Shown: positions 9,779 through 17,982 of the stretch, piece by piece
Layout of the letters: each line of letters starts with the position of its first letter
Position numbering within the stretch: position 1 is the stretch's first letter
Assembly: GCA_046713375.1 (NCBI GenBank)
Contig: JBKKBV010000080.1
Coordinates: 1-35,465 of the forward strand
Source of the DNA: Candidatus Limnocylindria bacterium
Lineage (GTDB): Bacteria > Chloroflexota > Limnocylindria > QHBO01
Length of the DNA: 35,465 bases
Direction: 5' to 3'
Notes under the pieces: model-generated
Told to the model about the DNA's origin: nothing
Database searches by the model: none
What the model saw: only the letters and a program-made list of their open reading frames with translations
Program-made: the position numbers and the translations under genes

Positions 9779-10402
9779 CTAGCGCAGGAAATACAGCGTG
9801 CCGAAGAGGGCAATCCAGACCACGTCCACGAAGTGCCAGTAGATGCTGATCGCCTCGACCGCGACGTGATTCTGCCTGCTGAACTGGCCCTGGGACGCTC
9901 GAGCCGCCAGGATGGTGAGCCCCACCGCCCCACCGAAGACATGCGCGCCGTGAAATCCGGTGAGCGTGTAGAAGACGGTCCCGAACGCCCCGTCGCTGAT
10001 GCCGAAGCCCAGGGTGGTGTAGTCGTAGATCTGGCCGATCAGGAAGATCACGCCCAGGACGAGGGTGAGCATCGTCCAGTTGCGCATCGCGCGCTGGTCG
10101 CCCCGACGGATCGCCCATACGCCGAACTGCATCGTGAAGCTGGACGCCACCAGGATGATCGTGATCGGCAATGCGATCGGCAGGATCTCCAGCTCCGGCG
10201 CACCGGTCGGCGGCCCCCACTCCCCGATCTGAATGGCGCGGGCGTTGAAGTAGGAGGCGAAGAGCCCGCCGAAGAACATCACCTCGCTGGCGATGAACAA
10301 GAGCATCCCGACCAGCGGGGTCGGCATGCCCGCCTCGCGGTGTGAAACCTCTGTGTGCGTGGTGATGTCCGCGCTCATGCCGGTTGGGACCTGGACGGTC
10401 AT
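9779..10402 (-). CDS. ctaE: cytochrome c oxidase subunit III
   Basis: 207 aa. Motifs FIASEVMFFGGLFASYF, GFHGAHVFGG and YWHFVDVVWIALFGTLY. ATG overlaps the ctaD stop as ATGA (10399-10402). Confidence 0.93.
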   Translation of the reverse strand: MTVQVPTGMSADITTHTEVSHREAGMPTPLVGMLLFIASEVMFFGGLFASYFNARAIQIGEWGPPTGAPELEILPIALPITIILVASSFTMQFGVWAIRRGDQRAMRNWTMLTLVLGVIFLIGQIYDYTTLGFGISDGAFGTVFYTLTGFHGAHVFGGAVGLTILAARASQGQFSRQNHVAVEAISIYWHFVDVVWIALFGTLYFLR

Positions 10403-12051
10403 TGATCCTCCACCTTCGCGACCGTGACATGCTCAGCGTCGTGCTTGTGGCGGAGATCGAAGACCGGCCGCTCGCTGCGGATCGGGGGCAGGCTGTCGAA
10501 GTTGTAGGGCGGCGGCGGCGAGCTGGTCGCCCATTCAAGCGTGTTCCCCTCCCACGGATCGTCCCCCACCTGCTCGCCATTGATGAAGGTGGCGACAACG
10601 TTCACCAGGAACGGCAGCACGCTGGCGGCGATCAGGAACGCTCCCGCCGTCGACATCAGGTTGAGCAGCGTCCAGCCGGCATCGGGCGAGTAGTCGGCGA
10701 CACGGCGCGGCATCCCCTGGATGCCAAGGATGTGCTGCGGGAAGAAGGCAAGGTTGAAGCCGATGAAATGCATCCAGAAGTGGACCTTGCCGAGAGGCTC
10801 GTTCAGGCGTCGCCCGGTCATCTTGGGGAACCAGTAGTAGGTCGCCGCGAAGACGCCGAAGACGCTGCCGCCGAAGAAGACGTAGTGCAGGTGCGCGACC
10901 ACGAAGTAGGTGTCCTGCAGGTGGAAGTCGACCGGCGGGGCCGACAGCATCACGCCGCTGATCCCGCCGATCAGGAACATCGACAGGAAGCCCAGGGCGA
11001 ACAGCATCGGCGTGGCGAAGGTGATCGAGCCGCGCCACAGGGTCGCAAGCCAGTTGAACATCTTCACGCCGGTGGGGATCGCGATCAGCGCCGTCATGAA
11101 GCTGAAGAAGGGCAGGAAGACCTGCCCGGTGGTGAACATGTGATGCGCCCATACGCTGAAGCTCAGCAGGCCGATGGCGATCGTGGCAAATACGAAGGCT
11201 CGGTATCCGAAGAGCGGGCGCCGGGTGAAGACCGGCAGGATCTCGCTCACCACGCCCATCGCCGGCAGGATGACGATGTACACCTCGGGATGGCCGAAGA
11301 ACCAGAAGAGGTGCTGCCACAGGATCGGATTGCCGCCGGTGTTCGGGTCGAAGAAGCTGCCGCCGTAGTTCCGGTCGATGAAGAGCGCGATCATGCCCGC
11401 CGCAAGGACCGGCGTGGCCAGCAGGATGAGGGTCGCCGTCACGAGCACCGTCCAGACCAGGATCGGCATCCGGAAGAGGGTCATCCCCGGCGCCCGCATC
11501 TTGAAGATGGTGGCGATGAAGTTGACCGAGCCCAGGATCGAGGCCGTGCCCACCAGCAGCAGCCCGATCAGCCACAGGTCCGTCCCCACGCCCTGGGCGT
11601 AGGTGCCGCCACTGAGCGGGGTGTAGAGCGTCCAGCCCTCCGCCGCCGCCCCACCGAACAGGTATCCGGAGAAAATCAGGAGGCCGCCGAGCGGCAGGAA
11701 CCAGAAGCTGAGGGCGTTGATGCGCGGGAAGGCCATGTCCGGCGCCCCCAGCTGGAGCGGCACGATGTAGTTCGCGAAGCCGGACAGGACCGGCACCACG
11801 AACAGGAAGATCATGATCGTGCCGTGCATCGTGAAGGCCTGGTTGTAGGTCGACTCGTCCAGGAACTGAAGTCCCGGCACCGCCAGCTCTGAGCGCATCA
11901 CCAACCCCAGGATGCCCGCGGCGAAGAAGAACGCGAACGAGTTGACGATGTACAAGATCCCGATCTTCTTGTGGTCGACCGTGGTCAACCACTCGATCAC
12001 CCACGAGCGTTGGTAGCTCTCGGAGGTTGGGGTCAAGGCCGTGGTTGCCAT
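10399..12051 (-). CDS. ctaD: cytochrome c oxidase subunit I (A-type, haem-copper oxidase)
   Basis: 550 aa. Motifs WLTTVDHKKIGILYI, WFFGHPEVYIVILP (the His-Tyr crosslink region) and HHMFTTG. Confidence 0.97.
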   Translation of the reverse strand: MATTALTPTSESYQRSWVIEWLTTVDHKKIGILYIVNSFAFFFAAGILGLVMRSELAVPGLQFLDESTYNQAFTMHGTIMIFLFVVPVLSGFANYIVPLQLGAPDMAFPRINALSFWFLPLGGLLIFSGYLFGGAAAEGWTLYTPLSGGTYAQGVGTDLWLIGLLLVGTASILGSVNFIATIFKMRAPGMTLFRMPILVWTVLVTATLILLATPVLAAGMIALFIDRNYGGSFFDPNTGGNPILWQHLFWFFGHPEVYIVILPAMGVVSEILPVFTRRPLFGYRAFVFATIAIGLLSFSVWAHHMFTTGQVFLPFFSFMTALIAIPTGVKMFNWLATLWRGSITFATPMLFALGFLSMFLIGGISGVMLSAPPVDFHLQDTYFVVAHLHYVFFGGSVFGVFAATYYWFPKMTGRRLNEPLGKVHFWMHFIGFNLAFFPQHILGIQGMPRRVADYSPDAGWTLLNLMSTAGAFLIAASVLPFLVNVVATFINGEQVGDDPWEGNTLEWATSSPPPPYNFDSLPPIRSERPVFDLRHKHDAEHVTVAKVEDQ

Positions 12052-12072
12052 CGGTTCCTCGCTCGCCTCGCG

Positions 12073-13143
12073 CTACTTGACCGTCAGCGTGCCGGTCATC
12101 GCCGGCAGCGGGTGGACGTCGCAGATGAAGGTGTACTCGCCCGCCGCCAGGCCATCGACGACATACGTCTTCGTCGCGGGGCCGGCAAAGATCTCCCCGC
12201 GGAAGAGCTCCTCGTCGCCCTTCCAGATCCCCACGTTGTGATCGACGTCCTCGTTGTTGGCGAATTCGATCTTGAAAGTCTGGCCGGCGGCCACCTCGAG
12301 CGCCTTGGTGTCGAAGGCGGTGTCATCGGCGCTGACCTTCAGAACAGTGGCCTCTGCTGCGACCGAGGGAGCGGGCGTCTCCCCGGAGCGAATGGCCGCG
12401 ACCCAGGCATCGAAGTCGGCGCGCGACATGGCCTCCACGTTGAAGGTCATGTCAGCGTGGAGGAGGCCACAGAACTCCGCACATTGCCCGCTGTAGGTCC
12501 CCACCTCGCTGACCGTGAACTCGAGCTCGTTCGGGGCCTTGCCCTCCGGCAGCGGGACGACGTCGCGCTTCACGAGGAACGCCGGCACGAAGAACGAGTG
12601 GATCACGTCGTTGGAGATCAGCTTGAGCTTCACCGGCTCCCCGACCGGAAGGGCCATCACCAGGCCGTTGAGCGCGGTGCCTTCCACGATGACGTCATTC
12701 GCCGGATCCCCGTCGTCGTCGAGGTAGTGGAAGACCCACGACCACTGCTTGCCCTCCACCTCGATCGTGACGCCGGGGTTCGCGGATGCCTGCGAGGTCG
12801 AGTTGAGGGTGATGGTCGACAGGACGAAGAGGATGAGCACGATCACGGTCGGGATGGCGGTCCAGATCAGCTCGACCAGGTTGTTGCCGTGGACCTGGGT
12901 TGGGAGCCGATCGTCGCGGCGGCGATAGCGAAATACGGAATAGACGATGAAGCCCTCGACGGCGACGAAGACGATGCCGCCCATCACGAGGATGACGTTG
13001 TAGAGCCAGAAGACCTCCTTGGCCTCGACAGTGTGCGGCTCGGGAGGCACCATGCCGCAGGCTGTCGCCAGAAGAGCCAGCGAAAGGACGGCTCCGGCGC
13101 GAAGGAGGACCCGAGTCCGCGGTCGGGCCATCGGTCGTGACAT
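12073..13143 (-). CDS. ctaC: cytochrome c oxidase subunit II with C-terminal type-1 cupredoxin domain
   Basis: Lipoprotein-like signal (RVLLRAGAVLSLALLATAC), two TM helices and the CuA motif CAEFCGLLHADM. An extra cupredoxin of about 92 aa follows (see the separate feature). ATG 13143 was chosen (alternative 13131). The track ORF reaches 13248, but that would put 35 aa in front of the signal peptide. Confidence 0.9.
   Translation of the reverse strand: MSRPMARPRTRVLLRAGAVLSLALLATACGMVPPEPHTVEAKEVFWLYNVILVMGGIVFVAVEGFIVYSVFRYRRRDDRLPTQVHGNNLVELIWTAIPTVIVLILFVLSTITLNSTSQASANPGVTIEVEGKQWSWVFHYLDDDGDPANDVIVEGTALNGLVMALPVGEPVKLKLISNDVIHSFFVPAFLVKRDVVPLPEGKAPNELEFTVSEVGTYSGQCAEFCGLLHADMTFNVEAMSRADFDAWVAAIRSGETPAPSVAAEATVLKVSADDTAFDTKALEVAAGQTFKIEFANNEDVDHNVGIWKGDEELFRGEIFAGPATKTYVVDGLAAGEYTFICDVHPLPAMTGTLTVK
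12076..12351 (-). other. plastocyanin/amicyanin-like blue-copper domain fused to CoxB
   Basis: DVDHNVGIW followed by YTFICDVHPLPAM gives His plus Cys-x2-His-x4-Met, the canonical type-1 copper ligand set. No CxxCH motif occurs anywhere in the protein. Confidence 0.75.
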
Positions 13144-13149
13144 CAGCTC

Positions 13150-13199
13150 GTCTCGAGGCTCCTCATCGTGGACGAGGACGCGGCTGGTCTCGAGGCTCC
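13150..13199. repeat. 13-bp direct repeat GTCTCGAGGCTCC x2 (13150-13162 and 13187-13199) upstream of ctaC
   Basis: Exact 13-mer seen twice, 37 bp apart, in the 180-bp gap between the lipoprotein gene and the ctaC start. Confidence 0.6.
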
Positions 13200-13257
13200 G
13201 CGTCCGACTCGGTCCCTCCGCGGGACACGTCCACCGGGGTGGCGGCACGCGCGGCGT

Positions 13258-13263
13258 ATTGTA
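13258..13263 (-). promoter_or_regulatory. candidate -10 element TACAAT for the ctaC operon
   Basis: Plus-strand ATTGTA is TACAAT on the coding strand. It is one of very few AT-rich hexamers in this gap. No convincing -35. Confidence 0.25.
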
Positions 13264-13322
13264 CCGATGCGTCCTGCGCGGCGCAGCCTCCCGCGACTGC
13301 GCCGGTGGGGATCAGGCCCGGC

Positions 13323-14219
13323 TCAGACGGGCGCTGTGGGGCACTCCAGCGGCTCGTCCGGCAGCTGGAAGCGGACCGTGACCTCGTACTTGTGGTCGCC
13401 CTTGACGAAGCGAGCCTGGCTGTTCGCATTGGTGAGAGCCGCGTACCAGTCGTCCGCCTCCTGACCGCTCACCACGCCACAGCGTCGTTCCCCGTCCGAG
13501 GTTGCCTCGCCGAAGGTGGTTGGGTCCGAATCGACGGGCCAGTCAATGAGCGCGTTGCCGATGCCACTCTCGTCGGGCGGATCGGCGTCGGCGTTACGGA
13601 TCAGCAGCCGGAGTGCCTCTGGCTCGTATGGCTGCCAGCCGGCGTCAGCCCAGGCGCTGGCAGCGACCATGGCATCCAGGTTGCCGAGCTGCTGGGCGAG
13701 CCGCGACAGCGCCTGGTTCGCCCCAAGCTCTTCGGCCGAGACGCCGGGGTAGTTGCCGGGGGCGTCGAACGTCCCGAGCCCGTAGACCGTGATCGTCACG
13801 TCCTTTCCCTCGGCATGCAGCGTGAAGATGGTGTCACCCGCATCGGCGACGAAGTTCTGGGCGGCGCGGAACTCGGCGCTGGAGCCGAAGAGGCCGGTGC
13901 CCGCAACCTCCTTGAGGACCAGCTGGACGCCCTCCTCGGTCAGCTTCCGGACGTTTACTGCCGGCAGCGCCGGCCCCGGGAAGATGTCGATCTGCGCACC
14001 CGGCACGATCACCCGACCATCGCCGAGCAGGCTGAAAGAGGGGAAGTTGGTGAGGTGGAAGTCGCGAATCATGCTGGCGCCGAACTCGACCCGCAGGATC
14101 ACGTCATCGCCCGATGGATGCGCGATCGGGCCGTTCGAGCCACCCGGCCCCGAGGAGCAGGCAGCGAGCAGGGTTAGCGCCAGGGCAGCGGGCAGCAGGG
14201 GGCGGGCGATTTGCTTCAT
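13323..14219 (-). CDS. lipoprotein of unknown function (298 aa)
   Basis: MKQIARPLLPAALALTLLAACSSG is a signal peptide with lipobox LLAAC. ATG 14217-14219. No family recognised. The track ORF extends to 14459. Confidence 0.7.
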   Translation of the reverse strand: MKQIARPLLPAALALTLLAACSSGPGGSNGPIAHPSGDDVILRVEFGASMIRDFHLTNFPSFSLLGDGRVIVPGAQIDIFPGPALPAVNVRKLTEEGVQLVLKEVAGTGLFGSSAEFRAAQNFVADAGDTIFTLHAEGKDVTITVYGLGTFDAPGNYPGVSAEELGANQALSRLAQQLGNLDAMVAASAWADAGWQPYEPEALRLLIRNADADPPDESGIGNALIDWPVDSDPTTFGEATSDGERRCGVVSGQEADDWYAALTNANSQARFVKGDHKYEVTVRFQLPDEPLECPTAPV

Positions 14220-14295
14220 GGGCGTTGGACGCAACAGCGGACGCACGGGTTCCGAGCGCTGCGGCGGGGCCCGTCGGCGCCAGAATGGGACCGTG

Positions 14296-15252
14296 ATGCA
14301 CGGGTGGCTCGGCCTTCTCCTGGCGACCGGCGTGGCCGTGGCCGTCCCGACACGCTCATTTGCCCATGGCAGCACTCCACCGGCGCCCACCTTTCCGCAG
14401 GTGCTCCTCGAGTGGCGCCCGGAGCCGCTGCTGCTCCTGTCGCTCGCGATCGCGGCCACGGCCTGGGTGATCCTCGTGCGCCGGGTAGCGGCGGAGCACC
14501 CCGATCACCAGCATCCCGCCTGGCGAAGTGCTGCCTTCCTGGCCGGCCTTGGGATCCTGGCGCTGGCCCTCGTCTCCCCGATCGAGGCCTACGAGGGAGC
14601 GCTGTTCAGCGTGCACATGCTGCAGCACTTGCTGCTGGAGCTGGTCGCCGCTCCGCTGCTGCTGCTCGGAGCGCCCGCGACGCTGGCGCTGCGCGCGGCG
14701 TCGCCATCGGTGCGGGGCCTGCTGCTTGCCGTGCTGCACAGCAGGGTCGTGACCGTGCTCTCCTTCCCGCTGCTGGCCTGGGTCCTCTTCGCCGCGGTCA
14801 ACTGGGGCTGGCACTTCAGCACCCTGTACGACCAGGCCCTCGAGACTCCATGGCTGCATGACGTCCAACACCTCACCTTCCTGGGCGCCGCGCTCCTCTT
14901 CTGGTGGCCGGTGGTCGGCGCTGACCCGGCCCGATGGCGGCTGCCACACCCGGTGCGCCTCTTCTACCTGTTCCTGGCAATGCCCCAGAACTCGTTCCTG
15001 GGGATTGCCCTGATGAGCGCGCCAGCCGCGCTCTACCCCCACTACCTGACCAACCTGCGCACCTGGGGACCGACCCCGGCGGTCGATCAGAGCGTCGGAG
15101 GAATGCTGATGTGGGCCGGCGGCGACGTCGTCTTCCTGCTGGCGATGGGTTTCGTAGTCGCCGCCTGGGTGCGAGCCGAGGACCGCCGCACGGCACGCGC
15201 CGACGCGCGTGAGGATGCCCGAATCGCCGGGCTGCGGCCGCCGGCCGACTGA
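14296..15252 (+). CDS. ctaG: cytochrome c oxidase assembly factor CtaG (Bacillus/caa3_CtaG type)
   Basis: 318 aa, polytopic. Contains FSVHMLQHLLLELVAAPLLLLG and WWPVVGADP, typical of the caa3_CtaG/CopD-like family. ATG 14296. The upstream part of the 487-aa track ORF is antisense to the lipoprotein gene. Confidence 0.8.
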   Translation: MHGWLGLLLATGVAVAVPTRSFAHGSTPPAPTFPQVLLEWRPEPLLLLSLAIAATAWVILVRRVAAEHPDHQHPAWRSAAFLAGLGILALALVSPIEAYEGALFSVHMLQHLLLELVAAPLLLLGAPATLALRAASPSVRGLLLAVLHSRVVTVLSFPLLAWVLFAAVNWGWHFSTLYDQALETPWLHDVQHLTFLGAALLFWWPVVGADPARWRLPHPVRLFYLFLAMPQNSFLGIALMSAPAALYPHYLTNLRTWGPTPAVDQSVGGMLMWAGGDVVFLLAMGFVVAAWVRAEDRRTARADAREDARIAGLRPPAD

Positions 15253-15255
15253 CCC

Positions 15256-17076
15256 TCAGCCCGGCGCGAGCCGCAGGAGCGAATCGGCGGCGACGGCCGC
15301 GAAGAGCAGAGTCAGGTAGCTGATCGAGAATCGAAAGAGGCGGATCGTCGCACGCCCGTCGGTCGTGTCGCGCAGGACCCGCAGCGCGTACCAGACGAAG
15401 CCCGCCCCGAGGACCACGGCGGCGACCAGGTAGATGAGGCCCATCCGGGCCGCCGGGAAGAGGAGCAGCGAGACCACCACCAGCAGAGTCGTGTAGACCA
15501 CGATCTGGCGCGCCGTCTCGGCCTCTCCGCGCACCACCGGCAGCATCGGAACGCTGGCCGCTGCGTAGTCGCCGCGATATCGGAGGGCCAGCGCCCAGAA
15601 GTGGGGCGGGGTCCAGTAGAAGACGATCGCGAACAGCACCAGCGCCGGCACCTCCAGCGTGCCCGTCACCGCCGCCCAGGCGACGAGGACCGGAACGCAG
15701 CCTGCCGCGCCCCCGATGACGATGTTCTGTGGCGTGGATCGCTTCAGCCACAGGGTGTAGACGAAGACGTAGAAGCCGATCGCGCTCGCGGCCAGGAGCG
15801 CCGAGAGCAGGTTGACGGTGACGGTCAACCAGACGAACGAGAGCACGCTCAGCGCGATGCCGAAGGCGAGAGCACGTGCGGGCGTCACCGCTTGGCGTGG
15901 CAGGGGGCGGTGCCTGGTTCGTCGCATCAGGTCGTCGATGTCCCGGTCCAGGTACATGTTGATGGTGTTGGCGCCACCGGCGGCAAGCGAGCCTCCCAGC
16001 ACGACCGCAGCCATCAGCCACACCGAGGGGATCCCGCGCTGCGCCAACACCATGGTCGGGATGGTCGTCACCAGCAGCAGCTGGATGATGCGTGGCTTGG
16101 TGAGCGCCAGGTAGGCCCGCAGTGATTCGCCGAGGCTCGACGAGGGCGTGGCGTCCGCTTGTCCGCCGACCGTCGCGGTCCCCATGTTCGAGGTCTCGGT
16201 CGCGGGCGCGCGTCGAAGTGCCAGGTAGAGCAGCACCATCGTGGCCCACAGGGCAGCACCGACGGCGAGGTGCGGCACCACGAAGAGCGCCGACAGGCGT
16301 GACCACACGTTGGCCGCGCCGAGTGCGATCTGGACGGCGACGAGCCCGACCGCCAGGCCGGCAAGCCGGCGCGTGCGCGGGGTCGCGACCGTGCGGCGGA
16401 TCTGGATCGCGGTCCACACGACGAGGAGCGCGACGCCCACTGCCAGCGCGCGATGCGCCAGCTGGACGACCTCACCCCCGGCCAGGGTCGAGGGCCACAC
16501 CCGTCCGTGCATCAGCGGGAAGTCCGGGAAGGCGAGGCCCGCGCCCGTCCCGGCGACCCAGGAGCCGAGCAGCATCTGGGCGAACACGACTGCGCCGGTA
16601 ACGGCTACCAGCGCTCTCGGCTGCCCGCCGACGACTGGCGGCAGCGCGCCACTGGCCGCCCGGTCCGCGATGACAATCGTCAGCGCCAGGACCGTCAGTG
16701 CCATGGCCAGATGGGCCATGACCAGCTCCGCGCGGAGCTGCTGGATCACGACCTGGCCGCCGAGGAACGCCTGCACGATGACGAGGAGGCCCGTGACTAC
16801 CGCTGCCACCAGGAGAGGGCGATCGCGGCGCCGCGCGCTGAACAGGGTGATCAGCCCGACGGCCGCTACCAGCGGCCCAACGGCGAACGCCGCGACGAGG
16901 CGATGGCTGTGCTCGATCCAGGCATGCAGCTCGGCGGGTGGGACCCAGTCGCCGAAGCAGAGCGGCCAATCCGGGCAGCCGAGCCCCGAGTCGGTCGCGC
17001 GCACCAGCCCGCCGACGACGATCAGCACGTACGTTGCGATCGCGGCGGCGACAGCGAGCTTCGCGAATCGGTTCAA
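15256..17076 (-). CDS. ctaA-ctaB: fused haem A synthase (CtaA/COX15) and protohaem IX farnesyltransferase (CtaB/haem O synthase)
   Basis: Residues 1 to about 290 carry VGGLVRATDSGLGCPDWPLCFG and multiple His-bearing TM helices (CtaA). Residues from about 317 to 606 carry LRAYLALTKPRIIQLLL, NMYLDRDIDDLMRRTRHRPLP and WTPPHFWALAL (CtaB). It is one uninterrupted 606-aa ORF. Confidence 0.9.
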   Translation of the reverse strand: MNRFAKLAVAAAIATYVLIVVGGLVRATDSGLGCPDWPLCFGDWVPPAELHAWIEHSHRLVAAFAVGPLVAAVGLITLFSARRRDRPLLVAAVVTGLLVIVQAFLGGQVVIQQLRAELVMAHLAMALTVLALTIVIADRAASGALPPVVGGQPRALVAVTGAVVFAQMLLGSWVAGTGAGLAFPDFPLMHGRVWPSTLAGGEVVQLAHRALAVGVALLVVWTAIQIRRTVATPRTRRLAGLAVGLVAVQIALGAANVWSRLSALFVVPHLAVGAALWATMVLLYLALRRAPATETSNMGTATVGGQADATPSSSLGESLRAYLALTKPRIIQLLLVTTIPTMVLAQRGIPSVWLMAAVVLGGSLAAGGANTINMYLDRDIDDLMRRTRHRPLPRQAVTPARALAFGIALSVLSFVWLTVTVNLLSALLAASAIGFYVFVYTLWLKRSTPQNIVIGGAAGCVPVLVAWAAVTGTLEVPALVLFAIVFYWTPPHFWALALRYRGDYAAASVPMLPVVRGEAETARQIVVYTTLLVVVSLLLFPAARMGLIYLVAAVVLGAGFVWYALRVLRDTTDGRATIRLFRFSISYLTLLFAAVAADSLLRLAPG

Positions 17077-17160
17077 CGAGGTCCTCGAACCACGCCGCGA
17101 CGGCGCTTCCTGATCAGGGGAGATGGGCTGCCGGCATGATACCCAGCCGGCTCGACCACG

Positions 17161-17982
17161 TCACGGTCGCGCCCCGGCCCGCGACAGCCGACGTTGGGCG
17201 GAACGGGCGGCGGGCACATGGCGGAGCAGATCCGGCACAAGCGGCAGCAGGCGCCGGCTGGCGGACGCGAGCCGCTCGACCCCACGTTCGCGGCGCGAGG
17301 ACCAGGTGATGCCGTACCCGCGCCGAATGGCGGGCGGCAGCACCGAGAGCGAGACCAGGTGGGCGAGGTCCCACACGGGTCGCGGGAGGAGGCGGTTCGG
17401 GTACAGCACCGCCGGTGCGAGACTGCGAGCGGTGGCCGTCACCCTGACCTCGCCGCTGACGATCAGTCGGCCCATCTCGGTGCGCAGCTCGGCCAATGTC
17501 CGCGGAAGCGACGAATCGGAAGCGCCGAGGCGGATGGCGATCTCCCGCGCCTCGGCGTGATAGGCCTCAGCCTCCTCGGCGGAGAGTGGCGCGACGAAGC
17601 GGTCGTAGACGCGAATGGCCGTGTCCACCAGCGTGGCGTGGACCCACAGCAGCAACGCCGAATCGAGCGCCGAGTAGGGCTCCCCGGACTCCGGCACGGT
17701 GCCCGCGACCGAGGCGTGGATGGCGTTCATCCTGCGAATCGCACGCTCGGCGCGCGGCGTGCTGCCGAAGGCGACCGCATACGTCGCCGCGAGGGTGCGG
17801 CGCAGCCTGGCGAAGGGATCGGCTCGGAAGTCCGAGTGCTCGGCCACCCCGGCGGCGACGGCGGGGTGAGCGAGCTGCATCAGGAGGGCGCAGCTGCCTC
17901 CGGCCAGGACCAGGACCTCGCGATCGATTCGCCAGGAGATGCTGCGGGGCCCGAACAGACCGGGATCCGCGGTCCGGCTCAT
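17161..17982 (-). CDS. DUF2236 / MpaB-family oxygenase
   Basis: GPRSISWRIDREVLVLAGGSCALLMQLAHPAVAAGV followed by RRMNAIHA is typical of the family. ATG 17980-17982 overlaps the rhomboid stop as ATGA. Confidence 0.75.
   Translation of the reverse strand: MSRTADPGLFGPRSISWRIDREVLVLAGGSCALLMQLAHPAVAAGVAEHSDFRADPFARLRRTLAATYAVAFGSTPRAERAIRRMNAIHASVAGTVPESGEPYSALDSALLLWVHATLVDTAIRVYDRFVAPLSAEEAEAYHAEAREIAIRLGASDSSLPRTLAELRTEMGRLIVSGEVRVTATARSLAPAVLYPNRLLPRPVWDLAHLVSLSVLPPAIRRGYGITWSSRRERGVERLASASRRLLPLVPDLLRHVPAARSAQRRLSRAGARP

Noticed and set aside
10384-11892. 502-aa plus-strand ORF antisense to ctaD. A 489-aa alternative minus frame (10535-12004) falls in the same category.
   Set aside because: Both are compositionally biased (runs of R, D, E, H, G). 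ctaD, in the other frame, has unambiguous haem-copper oxidase motifs.
13144-13248. Possible 35-aa N-terminal extension of CoxB from ATG 13248, as a leaderless mRNA after the TACAAT box.
   Set aside because: It would bury the lipoprotein-type signal peptide about 35 residues from the N-terminus. I kept this only as an alternative under the upstream-repeat finding.
14873-16417. 514-aa minus-strand ORF overlapping ctaG (antisense) and ctaA-ctaB (alternative frame).
   Set aside because: Extremely Arg/Pro/Gly/Ala-rich with no structure-like segments. It is explained by GC bias.
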